A stretch of 64,000 bases of DNA. Origin: an uncultured Nitrososphaerales archaeon. GTDB taxonomy: Archaea > Thermoproteota > Nitrososphaeria > Nitrososphaerales > Nitrososphaeraceae. How positions within the stretch are numbered: the stretch's first letter is position 1; each line of letters opens with the position of its first letter. The notes under the pieces are model-generated. The model was not told where the DNA came from and searched no databases. It worked only from the letters and a program-made list of their open reading frames with translations. Location: positions 800,001-864,000 of the forward strand of contig CAVQMO010000010.1 of the NCBI GenBank assembly GCA_963713605.1. The letters are read 5' to 3'. Of the stretch, positions 10,604 through 22,157 are shown piece by piece. A program made the position numbers and the translations under genes.

Positions 10604-12178
10604 TTAGAGCTTTGGAGGAAGTGAAGCAGTAACAGATCTTCTTCTCGAATACTTGGAGACAATTTCTTCTGGTGGTCTTCCATCAAAAAGGTTCTTAGAT
10701 AATCCTCTCAGATACCGCATTATCGCCCATGTTCCAGCTTTTATTAGGGTCGCCATGAAAACTTTCATGAGAGGGCCGTATGTCTTGTTCCTTATTATAA
10801 TTGGAATAATGTCGTTTATGACCCATAGGTTGTGTTGCCAGCATCTCCAAAAAAGAGCAAATTGTGCTTCATTGAGATTCCCAAAATGCATAGAATTCCT
10901 CTCTGAAAAATCTTGGTAAAGTAACGGCGCGACAAGTCCACGCATATTAGTCTCTCGAAAGTCATCAATTAGATCGATGGTGTACTGGGTTTCGTCGGGG
11001 GTTTCATCTGGCCACCCTATAATAAGGGTTAATGCCGGAAACCAGTGGTTCTGGTTCAAGATCTTGACGCCTTGCCTCACTACTGCACCCCACTCCTCAG
11101 CCTGATATGGTCTTGTCTTGACGCCAAGATGCTTCTTTACCATCCTGGGGGCAACTGTTTCGACGCCTAGATTGGTAGCAAGCCATCGTCCGCTACTCTC
11201 CATTCCGTTGATGTGAGATAATTTTGTGATGAGATTGGGCGAGCTCGCTACTGCTGAAAGAGTCATGTGAGTAGTACCTATGAAGTTTGCACCGACAGAT
11301 TTGAGCCCAGACCATACGTCGATTATTGCATCAGAATTAGGAACAAAATCCTTGTTATCACAGCCATAGAGGAGCATCTCATCTGATTGGAGCCATATTG
11401 AGTCAAAACCATATTTAAGATTAATTTTAGCCTCTTTCTGCAGTCTTTCAAGCGGTATGTCTTTTTTTGAGCGCTTGTTTACATCGCAAAAATCGCACCC
11501 CCTGCCACATCCTCTCATCGCCTCGATCAGGGAGTTTATTGTTGGTCCACGGATGCTTGGAATATTCTCAATTCTTCTAACAAATGTGTGGAGTAATTCG
11601 GGTGCATCGCCAGATTCTAAATCATGAAATAGATCAAGTGCTAATTCGTCCGCCTCGCCTATAACTACAGTATCAATACCATGAATTTTCATTCGATCTG
11701 GTTTGGCTAACTCCCATGCACCGTTCCCTCCAACAACAACTTTGAACCCATATTTTTTCTTGAGCTGGATTATGGAGGCACACAATTTCTTAAATTTCAT
11801 GGCAACATAAGAAAGTTTTTCGGGAGACATTGTCGTAGTTACAGGGGCCATTCCTAGAGGATCCATTACGTTTATTCCAATTACCTTGGTTTCAGGCCCA
11901 ACACATTTTTCGAGCATTTCGGGGTGAGCTATAAAGATGTCGTCAGATTTGTACTCTTTGAGCAAAGCAGCCTCAACTCTCCTCAATCCACACTGAGCTA
12001 CCTTGACTCCCCCTGTTTCCCTATCAGTTTCAACGCTGGGACAGAACAGTTTATCAAATACAAATTCAGGAACTAGCTCATAAGGGCCGCAGGCGATAAA
12101 GCCATAAAGAAAATTGCCTCTGTAATTTGTCATAAGACTCCTGTCTGCAGTCAGTACAACTCGCTTGCCGTTAACCAT
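10604..12178 (-). CDS. B12-binding radical SAM protein, GDGT ring synthase (GrsA/GrsB)-like
   Basis: VVLTADRSLM N-terminus, GLRRVEAAL, DPLG, VVGGNGAW, RGCGRGCDFC CxxxCxxC. Confidence 0.75.
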   Translation of the reverse strand: MVNGKRVVLTADRSLMTNYRGNFLYGFIACGPYELVPEFVFDKLFCPSVETDRETGGVKVAQCGLRRVEAALLKEYKSDDIFIAHPEMLEKCVGPETKVIGINVMDPLGMAPVTTTMSPEKLSYVAMKFKKLCASIIQLKKKYGFKVVVGGNGAWELAKPDRMKIHGIDTVVIGEADELALDLFHDLESGDAPELLHTFVRRIENIPSIRGPTINSLIEAMRGCGRGCDFCDVNKRSKKDIPLERLQKEAKINLKYGFDSIWLQSDEMLLYGCDNKDFVPNSDAIIDVWSGLKSVGANFIGTTHMTLSAVASSPNLITKLSHINGMESSGRWLATNLGVETVAPRMVKKHLGVKTRPYQAEEWGAVVRQGVKILNQNHWFPALTLIIGWPDETPDETQYTIDLIDDFRETNMRGLVAPLLYQDFSERNSMHFGNLNEAQFALFWRCWQHNLWVINDIIPIIIRNKTYGPLMKVFMATLIKAGTWAIMRYLRGLSKNLFDGRPPEEIVSKYSRRRSVTASLPPKL

Positions 12179-12285
12179 GATCTAAACGTTCCTCCTTATT
12201 CCATCCGAACATTGATATAAATCTATTCCGATATACTAAAATTCATACTAAAATTCCTATGAGATAGGGGATCATTGCCAAAAAT

Positions 12286-12753
<468 letters not shown>

Positions 12754-12802
12754 TTAACTGCTGTCAAACGTATTAATATCGAGGATATTGTGACTCTAGA
12801 TA

Positions 12803-12876
12803 GGGCCGGTCGTCTAGTCTGGTAGGATACGGCATTGGCATTGCCGAGGTCGTGGGTTCGAATCCCACCCGGTCCA
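12803..12876 (+). tRNA. tRNA-Ala(GGC)
   Basis: Acceptor GGGCCGG/CCGGTCC-A with G3:U70; anticodon arm CGGCA-TTGGCAT-TGCCG; T-loop TTCGAAT. Confidence 0.95.
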
Positions 12877-13131
12877 TCTAGCACAAGAACTATTGGTCGC
12901 TTGTGGGAGACGATAAAATATGCGATCAGTTTTTCAACCATCACATAATCCAGAAATCCGGATTTCTGATTAGACAGAGCGGTGGCGTGTCTGCTGCGCG
13001 TCTCAAGAGGTCTAAGTTCAGCTGAAAACTGAACGTCACTAGATGCTAATACTGATTAATCAATAAACCAATAAATATGCGTAAGGAGAAAGTTAGCTGA
13101 GCTGCTAGTTCGATGAGGGTATTCCAGCACA

Positions 13132-13890
13132 TTGTTCGATTTTCTTGATGATGCGTTTTATAGCGATAGAAAGATAGCTCTTACAGCTCATCCTAATGCT
13201 ATGGTTGAGGAACTACTGGTCTCTGACTATGGGGAACACAATATGTTGGTTTACCCGAATCGCAGGTCATTTAGGCAATTATATTCAAAATATTGCAGAA
13301 ATGTACTTCTCGAAAATAACTCAAATAGTTCGGAAAATGAAATGATTTTGATAATATCCTACTACGACACTGTAAGTAACATAAAAAATGTGCTTAAGCG
13401 GATGGGGATGCACTTCGATGGGGAATTGAAAAAAAGGCCAATTATATTAATGGATTCCGTTACTGCGTATTCATGTTCTAATCTAGACCAAATGTCCGCG
13501 GGAGCAGGCAATAGCCATGGGAATGTCAACACCGTTGACAAGAAGATTTATGCATTTGGTAAACGACTCGAGGACTCGTATGCCTCGTTTCCAATTCACT
13601 ACAAACCGTACAGAATCGTGACTATCATAAGTTCTTTGTTACAGAGTATACACGACTCTGGGATGAAAGGGTTGTGTGTAATTGCTGATATGGGATCATT
13701 TTACCTCCTTAACAGGATCGAAGAACTTGTAGAGTATGAATGTTCTTACGCTCCTAAATTCGATAAGCGAATAAATGTTAAAGCATTCTGTTGTCATCAC
13801 CGACAGGAATTTAAAAAGGCCTTAGCGGTAGAACAACAAAGTAGGATCTTTGGTCACCATAACCGAAATCTCCTCTTGACAAGTATCTGA
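13132..13890 (+). CDS. MEDS/DcmR-like sensory domain protein
   Basis: YGEHNMLVY, VIADMGSF...LVEYE...AFCCHH pattern typical of Nitrososphaerales MEDS-like proteins. Confidence 0.55.
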   Translation: MFDFLDDAFYSDRKIALTAHPNAMVEELLVSDYGEHNMLVYPNRRSFRQLYSKYCRNVLLENNSNSSENEMILIISYYDTVSNIKNVLKRMGMHFDGELKKRPIILMDSVTAYSCSNLDQMSAGAGNSHGNVNTVDKKIYAFGKRLEDSYASFPIHYKPYRIVTIISSLLQSIHDSGMKGLCVIADMGSFYLLNRIEELVEYECSYAPKFDKRINVKAFCCHHRQEFKKALAVEQQSRIFGHHNRNLLLTSI

Positions 13891-14092
13891 ACAATCCGTC
13901 CATCCCTCCGAAGAACTAGATTCTGTGATTTTCTCTCGCTTATATAATCTAAAGATTGGCAGGTTAAATTAGGATACTAACTCAGAAATGGAGTTTTATC
14001 TGCACTTCAGAATACAAATGAAGGAGAAGGACTATTCCATTCCTAATAGGAATGACGATAGGGGCACCCCCGTACTTGAATTCAAGACCTTA

Positions 14093-14603
14093 TCATAAAT
14101 TCCATAGGGGGAGGTCTATTGGAAAATACTCTTTTATGGTAATGGCCACTTGTTTTCTAATGTAAATATCATAAACCCTGAATATTGTCCTCTGCCTTCG
14201 GTCGAATCCTATATCCTTGATATGCCTAAAGGTTTCGATTCTTAGATTTTCGAATCAAGCTGCCAACGCCTTTCTCTCCTTCAATTATTCTATCACGAAA
14301 CACAGTTGGAAGGTTTTTAGTCTTGATTCTCGATTCAGCATGCATAATGACCTCCCCATCAAGCTCCCTTCTAACACAAATCCTTCGATACAACACAGAC
14401 CCAGACGCTCTCTGACTCAGTACAATAACCTCAATCTTACCCCGGACCAGTAATTGCAGTATATTTTCCAAAACACCATTTTGTAAGATGACAACCAATA
14501 AGATCGGAGGAATCTTGCACTTAAGCTCAGCCTCTGTTTTGACTAGCACCGTTTGCAATGTTGACAAATCGTATATATCAGTAGCAAGCCTTTTTCTCTT
14601 CAA
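14093..14603 (-). CDS. Chorismate pyruvate-lyase (UbiC/DUF98)-like protein, one frameshift near 14245
   Basis: G.LE.IL...V.VLSQ...R......AES.I...G..GVG.LI, continuing in another frame as LRIETFR...RVYDI...ITIKEYFP to a stop at 14093. Confidence 0.6.
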
Positions 14604-14655
14604 TTCTGTTGAATAGACTATGCGGAGCTAAAAAAAGTGTGCTTTGAAACATTCT

Positions 14656-15378
14656 TTAGCCTAGAACAATTCGTAAGGTTAGGGCTATCATGGCAGTAAT
14701 TAGAGTGCCAAAACTAATTATTTTTAGATACCTTTCTAATGTGTTAGTAGCCCCATTTTGCACATTACTACTTCTGATGACCTTGTAAGGCCTCGAAAGA
14801 CGAATTTCAACGTAACTGATGAAACCAGCAACGGTCGCCACGAGTATCGATTCAAGAGTAATTGCATTGGTCTGCATAATAAACCCAGCCAGGACTGGAA
14901 GAGAGCCCCATGCTATCACAAACCAAAAATTCGTATGAAAACGCCCCCCAAATTTCTCGAAATTATATGCAAAGAGAAAAAAGCCTTCTGCAACTGCTAC
15001 GACCGAAAGCAATGGCACAAAATAAATGATATAATAAATGCCTATTGAGTAAGCGATTGAAAGAGACACTACCAGAATGATCCACGAAATGCGTTTGCTA
15101 ATCTCTACTCCCCAAGGCCTCTTAGGTGAACCAATGCTATCAGCAAAGTGGGCGCCGATTCCCAAAGCAAAAAAGTAGATAAGAATAACAGCTACTATCC
15201 GATCCCAATGGATTGAAGGAGAAATTAGTGAACCTAGCAAAGCAAACGATATGCACATTGCAGTATATGGCAAAAATAAGATTCCTATTGCTATCCTAAA
15301 TTGTATGGGACCAAATTTTGGCACGAACCATTCGTTCAGGCGATTAGTGTCCTTCTTACTCATTCTTCTTGGCAACAA
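14656..15378 (-). CDS. Multi-pass membrane protein, distantly UbiA-like
   Basis: About seven hydrophobic segments, AHFADS after TM2, YN.EKFGGRFH, WG.LP. Confidence 0.55.
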   Translation of the reverse strand: MLPRRMSKKDTNRLNEWFVPKFGPIQFRIAIGILFLPYTAMCISFALLGSLISPSIHWDRIVAVILIYFFALGIGAHFADSIGSPKRPWGVEISKRISWIILVVSLSIAYSIGIYYIIYFVPLLSVVAVAEGFFLFAYNFEKFGGRFHTNFWFVIAWGSLPVLAGFIMQTNAITLESILVATVAGFISYVEIRLSRPYKVIRSSNVQNGATNTLERYLKIISFGTLITAMIALTLRIVLG

Positions 15379-16030
15379 TCATTTTCGAGGTACCAAATGT
15401 GAAATACATGGAACTGATTTCGACAAAACCATGATTTCCTAGTGATGCAATTAGTTCCTGTGACCATTTTGAATCCTCAATCATTTGATCAAGATCTGAA
15501 AAGACGTGTCTCCACGAAGTTATAACCAAGCCTGCAATGCATAACAACTTGAAATGTAATTTCCACACAATTCTAATGACTCTATTTCTAGGATATGAAA
15601 AATCATGAAATACAACAATCCCATTTGGAGTTATTACTCTACTAACTTCAGTTACCAATTTGTCGATATCTACATATTTTGCTAAGTATGAAGATACTAT
15701 ACAGTCACAACTTCTATTTCTAAAAGGCAACATTTCTGCGTTTGCGTTGATAACGGTTGGAACCTTTCTCCTGTTCTTGGAAAACTTGGCATAATCAAAC
15801 GAAAGATCCAAGCTCAATACTTCTAATGCATCGTTACTATTTCTGATCATCTCGCTCAAAATACCAGTACCGGAGGCGAGATCTAGAACGATATTTCCTT
15901 GAATCTTGGTCAGTATATTTTTTTTCCAATATTTATCTCTGCCAATTGTGGCGTATCGCACGACCTGGTCGTACGAATTGGCGTTTCGCTCAGTAAAGAA
16001 GTCCCTCGCATTTTGTAATCCTGAATGCAC
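15356..16030 (-). CDS. UbiE/MenG-family SAM methyltransferase
   Basis: F...A.SYD....ATIGRDKYWK, VLDLASGTG, NAEMLPF. Confidence 0.8.
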   Translation of the reverse strand: MHSGLQNARDFFTERNANSYDQVVRYATIGRDKYWKKNILTKIQGNIVLDLASGTGILSEMIRNSNDALEVLSLDLSFDYAKFSKNRRKVPTVINANAEMLPFRNRSCDCIVSSYLAKYVDIDKLVTEVSRVITPNGIVVFHDFSYPRNRVIRIVWKLHFKLLCIAGLVITSWRHVFSDLDQMIEDSKWSQELIASLGNHGFVEISSMYFTFGTSKMIVAKKNE

Positions 16031-16101
16031 TAGCTTGGTTCATAATGCATATTTCTAGCGTATAAAGCTTATAGTTACCATCTCAATCATATTGCTTGTA
16101 G

Positions 16102-16794
16102 TTGTATTTTGTGAATTGGCAAAGGCATGTTCGGCAAGGCGAATACGAAGGCCATAAAGTAGTCATAAAAACCAACAAGAGGATAAAGGGCTTTAAAGAT
16201 TTCATCCTTGTATTCGCCTACGTGCTGACGTCTGTACTAATGCTACATCCCAGCTCCCCACATCCACTTGGGCCAATGCTTTTGCATAACGAGAGCACCA
16301 AAATGAGAGAAATGTTGAGAAAGGTGGAAATCCTTAGCCCAACGCTCTTGTATATTAACAAGAAAATCTTAATAGAGGAATTTATTGAAGGAGGTAGTCT
16401 ATATTCTCTTTTTGAAAGAAAAGGTGATCTTTCGTTGGCAGGCGAAGCAGGTATTCTCACTGCGAGACTTCATAATGCCAAATTAGTTTTTTTAGATAAT
16501 AAAGCTGAAAACTATCTGATAAATGACCAAAGACAGCTAGTCAGAACTGATTTGAGTTTCATCATGCAGGATGATTCTGTTTTTTCGAGGAGTATGGATA
16601 TAGCAAGCTTCTTAGCCAGCATCATGGATTTAGAGGGTTCTGAATATCGCGTGATTCACGAAACTTTCATCAATGCTTATGAAAACGAAACGGACAGGTC
16701 CTGTCCCTATCTTTACATTATCTTGAGAAACATTTTGGCTTTAGTGTTTAGCGCAAACAGAGCTAATACGTTTATGAACTTGTTGAAATCCTGA
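16102..16794 (+). CDS. Atypical protein-kinase-fold (Bud32/RIO/Kdo-like) protein
   Basis: VVIK, EEFIEG, RLHNAKLVFLDNKAENY, TDL. Confidence 0.55.
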   Translation: MYFVNWQRHVRQGEYEGHKVVIKTNKRIKGFKDFILVFAYVLTSVLMLHPSSPHPLGPMLLHNESTKMREMLRKVEILSPTLLYINKKILIEEFIEGGSLYSLFERKGDLSLAGEAGILTARLHNAKLVFLDNKAENYLINDQRQLVRTDLSFIMQDDSVFSRSMDIASFLASIMDLEGSEYRVIHETFINAYENETDRSCPYLYIILRNILALVFSANRANTFMNLLKS

Positions 16795-16852
16795 TTGGAG
16801 GTGAAAAATCCAGCACAACCAATGATTGCTGCAAAAAGTAAAGCAGAGTCAG

Positions 16853-17249
16853 TCAGATAGGTGGTAATTCAGTCTTCTTGTCAAATCCTCCTGAGCCAAA
16901 TCGACAATAGAAACACTGGTCAGACATCATGTATGGAATCTTTTGAATGACAACAGACTCCTATCTTTAATGCAATTTTAGTCATAATTTTGTATTTCAT
17001 TGGCATGGAAGGAATAACCTCTTTAAAGTAAACATTGTAATGATCCGGACAAAACTTTAATGTAACCTGAGCTTTCTGCCTAGACTGATTCCCTCTATCT
17101 CTTGACGGGGTGTTTAAATTTTTCGCCACATTAATTTGTTCTCTGATATACTCATGCTTAGGACATGGACAATCTTTACCTAAAGGATGCTTGTACGCAG
17201 GAAGGTTTTTCCAATCAAAATCAGGATAGTTCTTCTCAAAATCTTCCAT
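16853..17249 (-). CDS. Conserved hypothetical Cys-containing protein, one frameshift near 16955
   Basis: CPCPKH, FCPDH; continues in another frame as QKIPYMMSDQCFYCRFGSGG to a stop at 16853. Confidence 0.55.
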
Positions 17250-17357
17250 TCATTATTTCAAAATTAATTGAATGTTATCTGATATAAACATGTAGGGATC
17301 AAAATGCCCCCGGTTGGCAAGAATTAAATAGTCAAAGGGATCAGAAAAAATATATTT

Positions 17358-18402
17358 TTGGTGATATTACAATCGTCAAGCGACGTGATGCGAGACCAGC
17401 ATACTAATAAGAGCAGTGGATCTGCAAAATCGGCAGCTACTGCCACTGCTCAGACAAGGAGTAGAGAAGAGGGTCAGTCGTCTAGGCAACCCGCATCGGA
17501 TTCCAACCTCAGAACCTTGCAAGATTTCAAGAAAACCCTTCTTGAGGAGAAGAAGAATGGTGAAGAAACCATTGAAAGTCTCAACAAGAAGATAGATGAT
17601 ACAAAGAAACTCATAGACGATGAACGCATCAATCTGGATGAATTGAGGGCAAAATTAAAAGTGGTAAACGAACAAAAAGACGCGGAATTTGGCAAGTTTA
17701 CTGAATTAAAGAATGCACTCGTGGCTGCAAGAGCACAGATGAAATCACTTGATGAAAAAGCGTCTACATCACGTTCGAGAAAAGATAGATATGATCTGGT
17801 AAATCTGAATAATCAACTGGATCAAATTGAGCGCGATATTCAGACAAAGAAGCTTTCTAAGGATGAGGAACGTAGACTGGTTTTAAAGTCAAAGGAAGTT
17901 GCGACCAAACTATACTCCTTAAAAGCGATTCACAAGAAAGAGGATAGGTATAGAACTATTTCGATTCAGTACAATGTACCTAAAGAATAAGATGAATAAG
18001 TTGTTTGAGCAGAAAACTGGGCTAGGTGAAGGCATCGGAAAAATAAAGTCAGAGCTGGACGAGTTGCTAAATCTTAGGGAAAGCTTGTATGAAGACCGTC
18101 GCAAAAACATCAGGAATGTAAGAGAAGCTGATGCGAAATTAGAGATGGTTGATACTCAACTTAACGCGATCCAATACAAGAGAACTAGAACATCTTCCGA
18201 GCAGAGAGCAAGAAGATATCCACGAGGCGAAGGGAAGGAGAATAGGTACATTGCCTCTCAGGAAAAAGGTAAACGAAGTAAGGAAAATCAAGATAGGTGG
18301 AATATTCTTAAAGAAGCTGCTCTGAAGAAAATGTCTGGTGGAGAAAAATTGACGTTTGAAGAGATGAAACTCATTTATGGAGAGAACGGTTCATTCGATT
18401 GA
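17358..18402 (+). CDS. Archaeal coiled-coil protein, one frameshift near 17980
   Basis: Long heptad-rich sequence with IQTKKLS.DEERRLV and C-terminal GEKLTFEEMK. Confidence 0.7.
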
Positions 18403-18466
18403 AACGAGCCTTTTGATGACCTCCATCAGAATTGAATTCGTGTCTAGACACTAATCGTTGCTATAG

Positions 18467-19085
18467 ATGATACCTTTCACTCAAGAAGAAGGTCAGCAAT
18501 TAGTTAGACTCGCCCGTGACTCTGTTGAAAGACTCTTTAATGATAAGGGCTCCAGGTCACGACATTCTGTTCGGTCTAAGGTGCAAGCCGGTGTTTTTGT
18601 ATCTATTCATAACTTCTCGGCCGGTGGAAATATCCTGAGGGGTTGCGTTGGTTTTCCTCTACCAAGAGGTGAATTCTATTCATCATTAGAGGAAACCGCT
18701 ATTGCGGTCTGCTACGCAGGATCCGAGGTTCAGACCTATTTCAGAGGACGAGCTTGATAAGGTGATCTTTGAGGTAACTGTCTTGAACCGTCCAGAACTG
18801 ATAAATGTTGTCAAGCCCGTCGATTATCTAGATATGGTAAAGATCGGAGTGGATGGTTTAATGTTAAGTTGGGGTGAATACTCATCGCTGCTACTGCCTC
18901 AGGTTGCTATAGAATATAACTGGACTGTTGATGAATATCTAAGAAATTTGTGTTATAAGGCAGGATTGACTCCGGACATGTGGATGAACCATGATGTTAA
19001 GATATACAAATTTAGTTGCGCCGTTTACAGAGAATCCAAGCCCAGAGGGGGAATTCATCGGGTAGATGCTCGGACTTCTGAATAG
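18467..19085 (+). CDS. AMMECR1 / AmmeMemoRadiSam protein A, one frameshift near 18708
   Basis: GVFVS, LRGCVGF, A..DPRF, EVTVL, LLLPQVA, C.KAGL. Confidence 0.85.
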
Positions 19086-19173
19086 TCTATTGGTACTTGC
19101 TCAATTACTTTGAGATCGATTTTGCAACGATTGAAAGCTAAATATTTGCTGCCTTGGAACTGATTCAGAATTC

Positions 19174-20350
19174 TTGTCAAGGATTTACATCTCGCCTTAT
19201 GGTGTAGGGCTAGGTCATGCAAGTAGGATGTTGATGCTCGCAGAGCAGGTTAGAGAATTAGGATACGAAGTATTTTTTTCTTCGTTTGGGGAAGCAACCG
19301 ATTTCTTAAGGCACAATGGATTTAGATGTGAAAGAGTTCCGCCGCTTGAGCTCTCTTGGACTTCCGAAGGCGCCTTTTCGATAAAAAAAAGCATTGCAAG
19401 TCTGCCTTTTCAATTCTGGAATTTCTCAAGACAGTTGAACGCAGAAATCAGAAATATCGCTGCATGCCGACCAGATCTTGTTATCTCAGATAGCCGACTC
19501 TCTCCCTTGATAATTTCAAAGGCACTTAAGATACCATCGATAGTCATACTAAATCAAATCAGACTATTATTGTCTCCTTCGCTGAGAAAGATACGAATTG
19601 CTCGTTTTTACGAGGAATTTAATGGGCAATTACTAGGCGCAGCCTGGTCTTTCGCAGACAAGATACTGATACCTGACCTTCCTCCTCCAATGACAATAAG
19701 TGAGAAAAATATCTGGAGTGTCAGCACTACTGGTACCGGTAAAGTAAAATACGTAGGATTCACGGCTCCTAATCCCACCATGGTCTCGGAACGATTAGAA
19801 GAAGCAAGCCAGATGCTCAATCTAAGCAGCGAAAAACCATTCATTTATCTTCATATTAGCGGCCCTGAGCCTACTCGAAGACCTCTCACGAATCTGGTTA
19901 TGAGGGCCTTCAAGGAGCTCGAACCAGAGATACAATATGCTATTTCGGAAGGCAAACCTGGAGGCAATCCTTTTCCACAAAAGATTCTCAAAATCAGGTT
20001 GGTATTTTGAATGGTGTCCTATCAGGGATGAGCTATTTTCCCTATGCGATGCCCTAGTCATAAGGGCAGGGCATGCATCAATTTCTCAGTCCATTCAATT
20101 TGGAAAACCCTTTTTGTGTATTCCAATACAAAATCATGGAGAACAGCTGGCTAATTCTGATAAGGTTTCAGAGTTAAGAATTGGCATTTCCTTGAGGCAA
20201 GACAGACTATCTCTGAACTCCATAAAACAGGCTATCCTGACTTTGATAGGTGATGAACAATATCGTACGAATATATTACATCTCATGAGGATCGCAAGGG
20301 GGCTGAATGGGGTTCAGAACATCCTAAAAGAAGTAAAATCCTACTTATAA
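19174..20350 (+). CDS. Glycosyltransferase (GT28/MJ1255-like), one frameshift near 19990
   Basis: GVGLGHASR, PDLVISD, RAGH.SI, P.QNH.EQ..N. Confidence 0.8.
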
Positions 20351-20513
20351 CACTCTCAATCCCCGATTCTATGCATCGAATCTTCTGTGCAAGTGTAGTG
20401 TGACAATGGCACATTGGACCCTCATCATCAAGTCAAAATTTAACTTTACATTAACGAAGGCCTGTGAGGCAATTCTCCCTCCGAGAAATCCTGGGCCCTA
20501 GTGCTAAAATCCA

Positions 20514-21470
20514 TCAAAGTTCCTTGATTGTCTCCTGGATAGAAATACGGTCAGTCGCTCCTGGCATATAGTGCAAGTATTTTTCCAAGTCCTCCTTGAC
20601 CGAACCCTTACCCGATTTTAACCTTGCAAGTGCTCGATTCTTGTATATTGGACCAAACCTTACAGGATTTATATCAATTGCCATAGAATACCACTCATCG
20701 GCAACATCAAACTCCTCATTTTTTAAGTAGTAGTTTCCCAACCCGCGGTATGCTAGATAGTATCGTTTGTTCAGTTGTATAGCTTTCTTATAGCACTTGA
20801 TAGCTGATTCAGATTTTTGATCGCTATATACTGATCCGAGGGCATACCAGGCTAGAGGATTATCTTTGTCTACGTCTACGGCTCTGGTCAGCTCCTCCAC
20901 GGCTTTGGCAATATCCCCTTTCAATCTTAACCTTTCTGCAACAAGGCAGCTACGGTTAGAGTTTTGAAACTTGAAATCCCTATCTGATACTATTTCCGAC
21001 ATATCTGATGGTATCAAAATAATCGAAGTCGTATCATCTTCCTCCCACTCTTGTCCAAATCTTTTTTCAGGAACAGCACCCTGTTTGTCCTGCTCCGGTA
21101 CATACGTCAAAATTCTCCTCTCCTGCGGCTCGTACCCACACACTATCGTGGCATGCTGAACCAAGTCGTGGATCCCAGGGAGAATGGTTATTACTGGTAT
21201 ACCTTCATCGATTGTCTTTTTGATGTCCTTCATGTTGCTTTTGTACATCACTGATCGAAAGCCATTCCTTTCTGCGATTTCTATTCCTTCAATTAATACC
21301 GATCCCCTGACACCCTTGTATAGTTCTTTGACCGCATCAGTAATGAGAGAAGAGAGATCTTCTCCCCAGTATAATGCCAGGACGTTTATCACTAAAGGCA
21401 ATTGTGGTGTGTCTAAGCTTGGGTCTACAATTGGCAAAGTTAGGCTATGTTCTTCAGATCTAGGATACAC
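20514..21470 (-). CDS. C39-peptidase-like domain plus TPR repeats
   Basis: IDEGIPVI...HATIVCGY; TPR motifs AWYALG..Y, AYRGLG.YY. Confidence 0.7.
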   Translation of the reverse strand: MYPRSEEHSLTLPIVDPSLDTPQLPLVINVLALYWGEDLSSLITDAVKELYKGVRGSVLIEGIEIAERNGFRSVMYKSNMKDIKKTIDEGIPVITILPGIHDLVQHATIVCGYEPQERRILTYVPEQDKQGAVPEKRFGQEWEEDDTTSIILIPSDMSEIVSDRDFKFQNSNRSCLVAERLRLKGDIAKAVEELTRAVDVDKDNPLAWYALGSVYSDQKSESAIKCYKKAIQLNKRYYLAYRGLGNYYLKNEEFDVADEWYSMAIDINPVRFGPIYKNRALARLKSGKGSVKEDLEKYLHYMPGATDRISIQETIKEL

Positions 21471-21514
21471 ATTGATGCATAACTTTCTTAGGAAATAAAA
21501 ATCATATAGTTGCC

Positions 21515-22144
21515 TTACCTCACGGCCATGAAATTGGCCAAGATACTTCTTCCATCCGCGCCACTAACTTCTGGATGAAATTGGGTTCCAAAAATCGGTT
21601 TTTCTCTATGTAGGAGGATCTCATTTGTGCATGTCTGGGATTCTCCAACAGAGTCAAAACAGGAAGGGAGCTTTGAAACACAAAATTTATGGCTTTTGAA
21701 CACCATTAACCTTTGCTTGCCAGAAACGAGAACATTATCGCTCTTGACGGTCACGTGATCAAAATCTTTTATTGGCTTTTCGAGTCTTCTTAGCGATCCG
21801 CCCAAGGTTAATGCAATTATCTGACATCCGTAACATATTCCCAAAATTGGTATATTCCTAGTATAACAATACTTGACTATTGTAGAATTAGTCGCGTTAA
21901 TGTTTGAGCTGCCAGTCCTTCGTCCTGACAAAATGACCTTATTGAACCAAGGCAAGCTCTCAAATCCAAACTCCTCCAGCTTTATTTCTGAATAGCGCTT
22001 ATAGTCGAAAGAGTATCCTATGTCACTGACAATATCCATCAGGTGAGACGTAAACGGAGAGTTATTGTCAACTATAAGCACTTCAAATGATCTTTGAGAC
22101 ACACCCATCTGGTGTGTATCTGTAAAGGTAATATGTTCAGACAT
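21515..22144 (-). CDS. Class I glutamine amidotransferase (GMP-synthase GATase-like)
   Basis: LIVDN, ILSG, PILGICYGCQ, GTQFHPE; start uncertain. Confidence 0.8.
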   Translation of the reverse strand: MSEHITFTDTHQMGVSQRSFEVLIVDNNSPFTSHLMDIVSDIGYSFDYKRYSEIKLEEFGFESLPWFNKVILSGRRTGSSNINATNSTIVKYCYTRNIPILGICYGCQIIALTLGGSLRRLEKPIKDFDHVTVKSDNVLVSGKQRLMVFKSHKFCVSKLPSCFDSVGESQTCTNEILLHREKPIFGTQFHPEVSGADGRSILANFMAVR

Positions 22145-22157
22145 CCAAGGTAATCCT

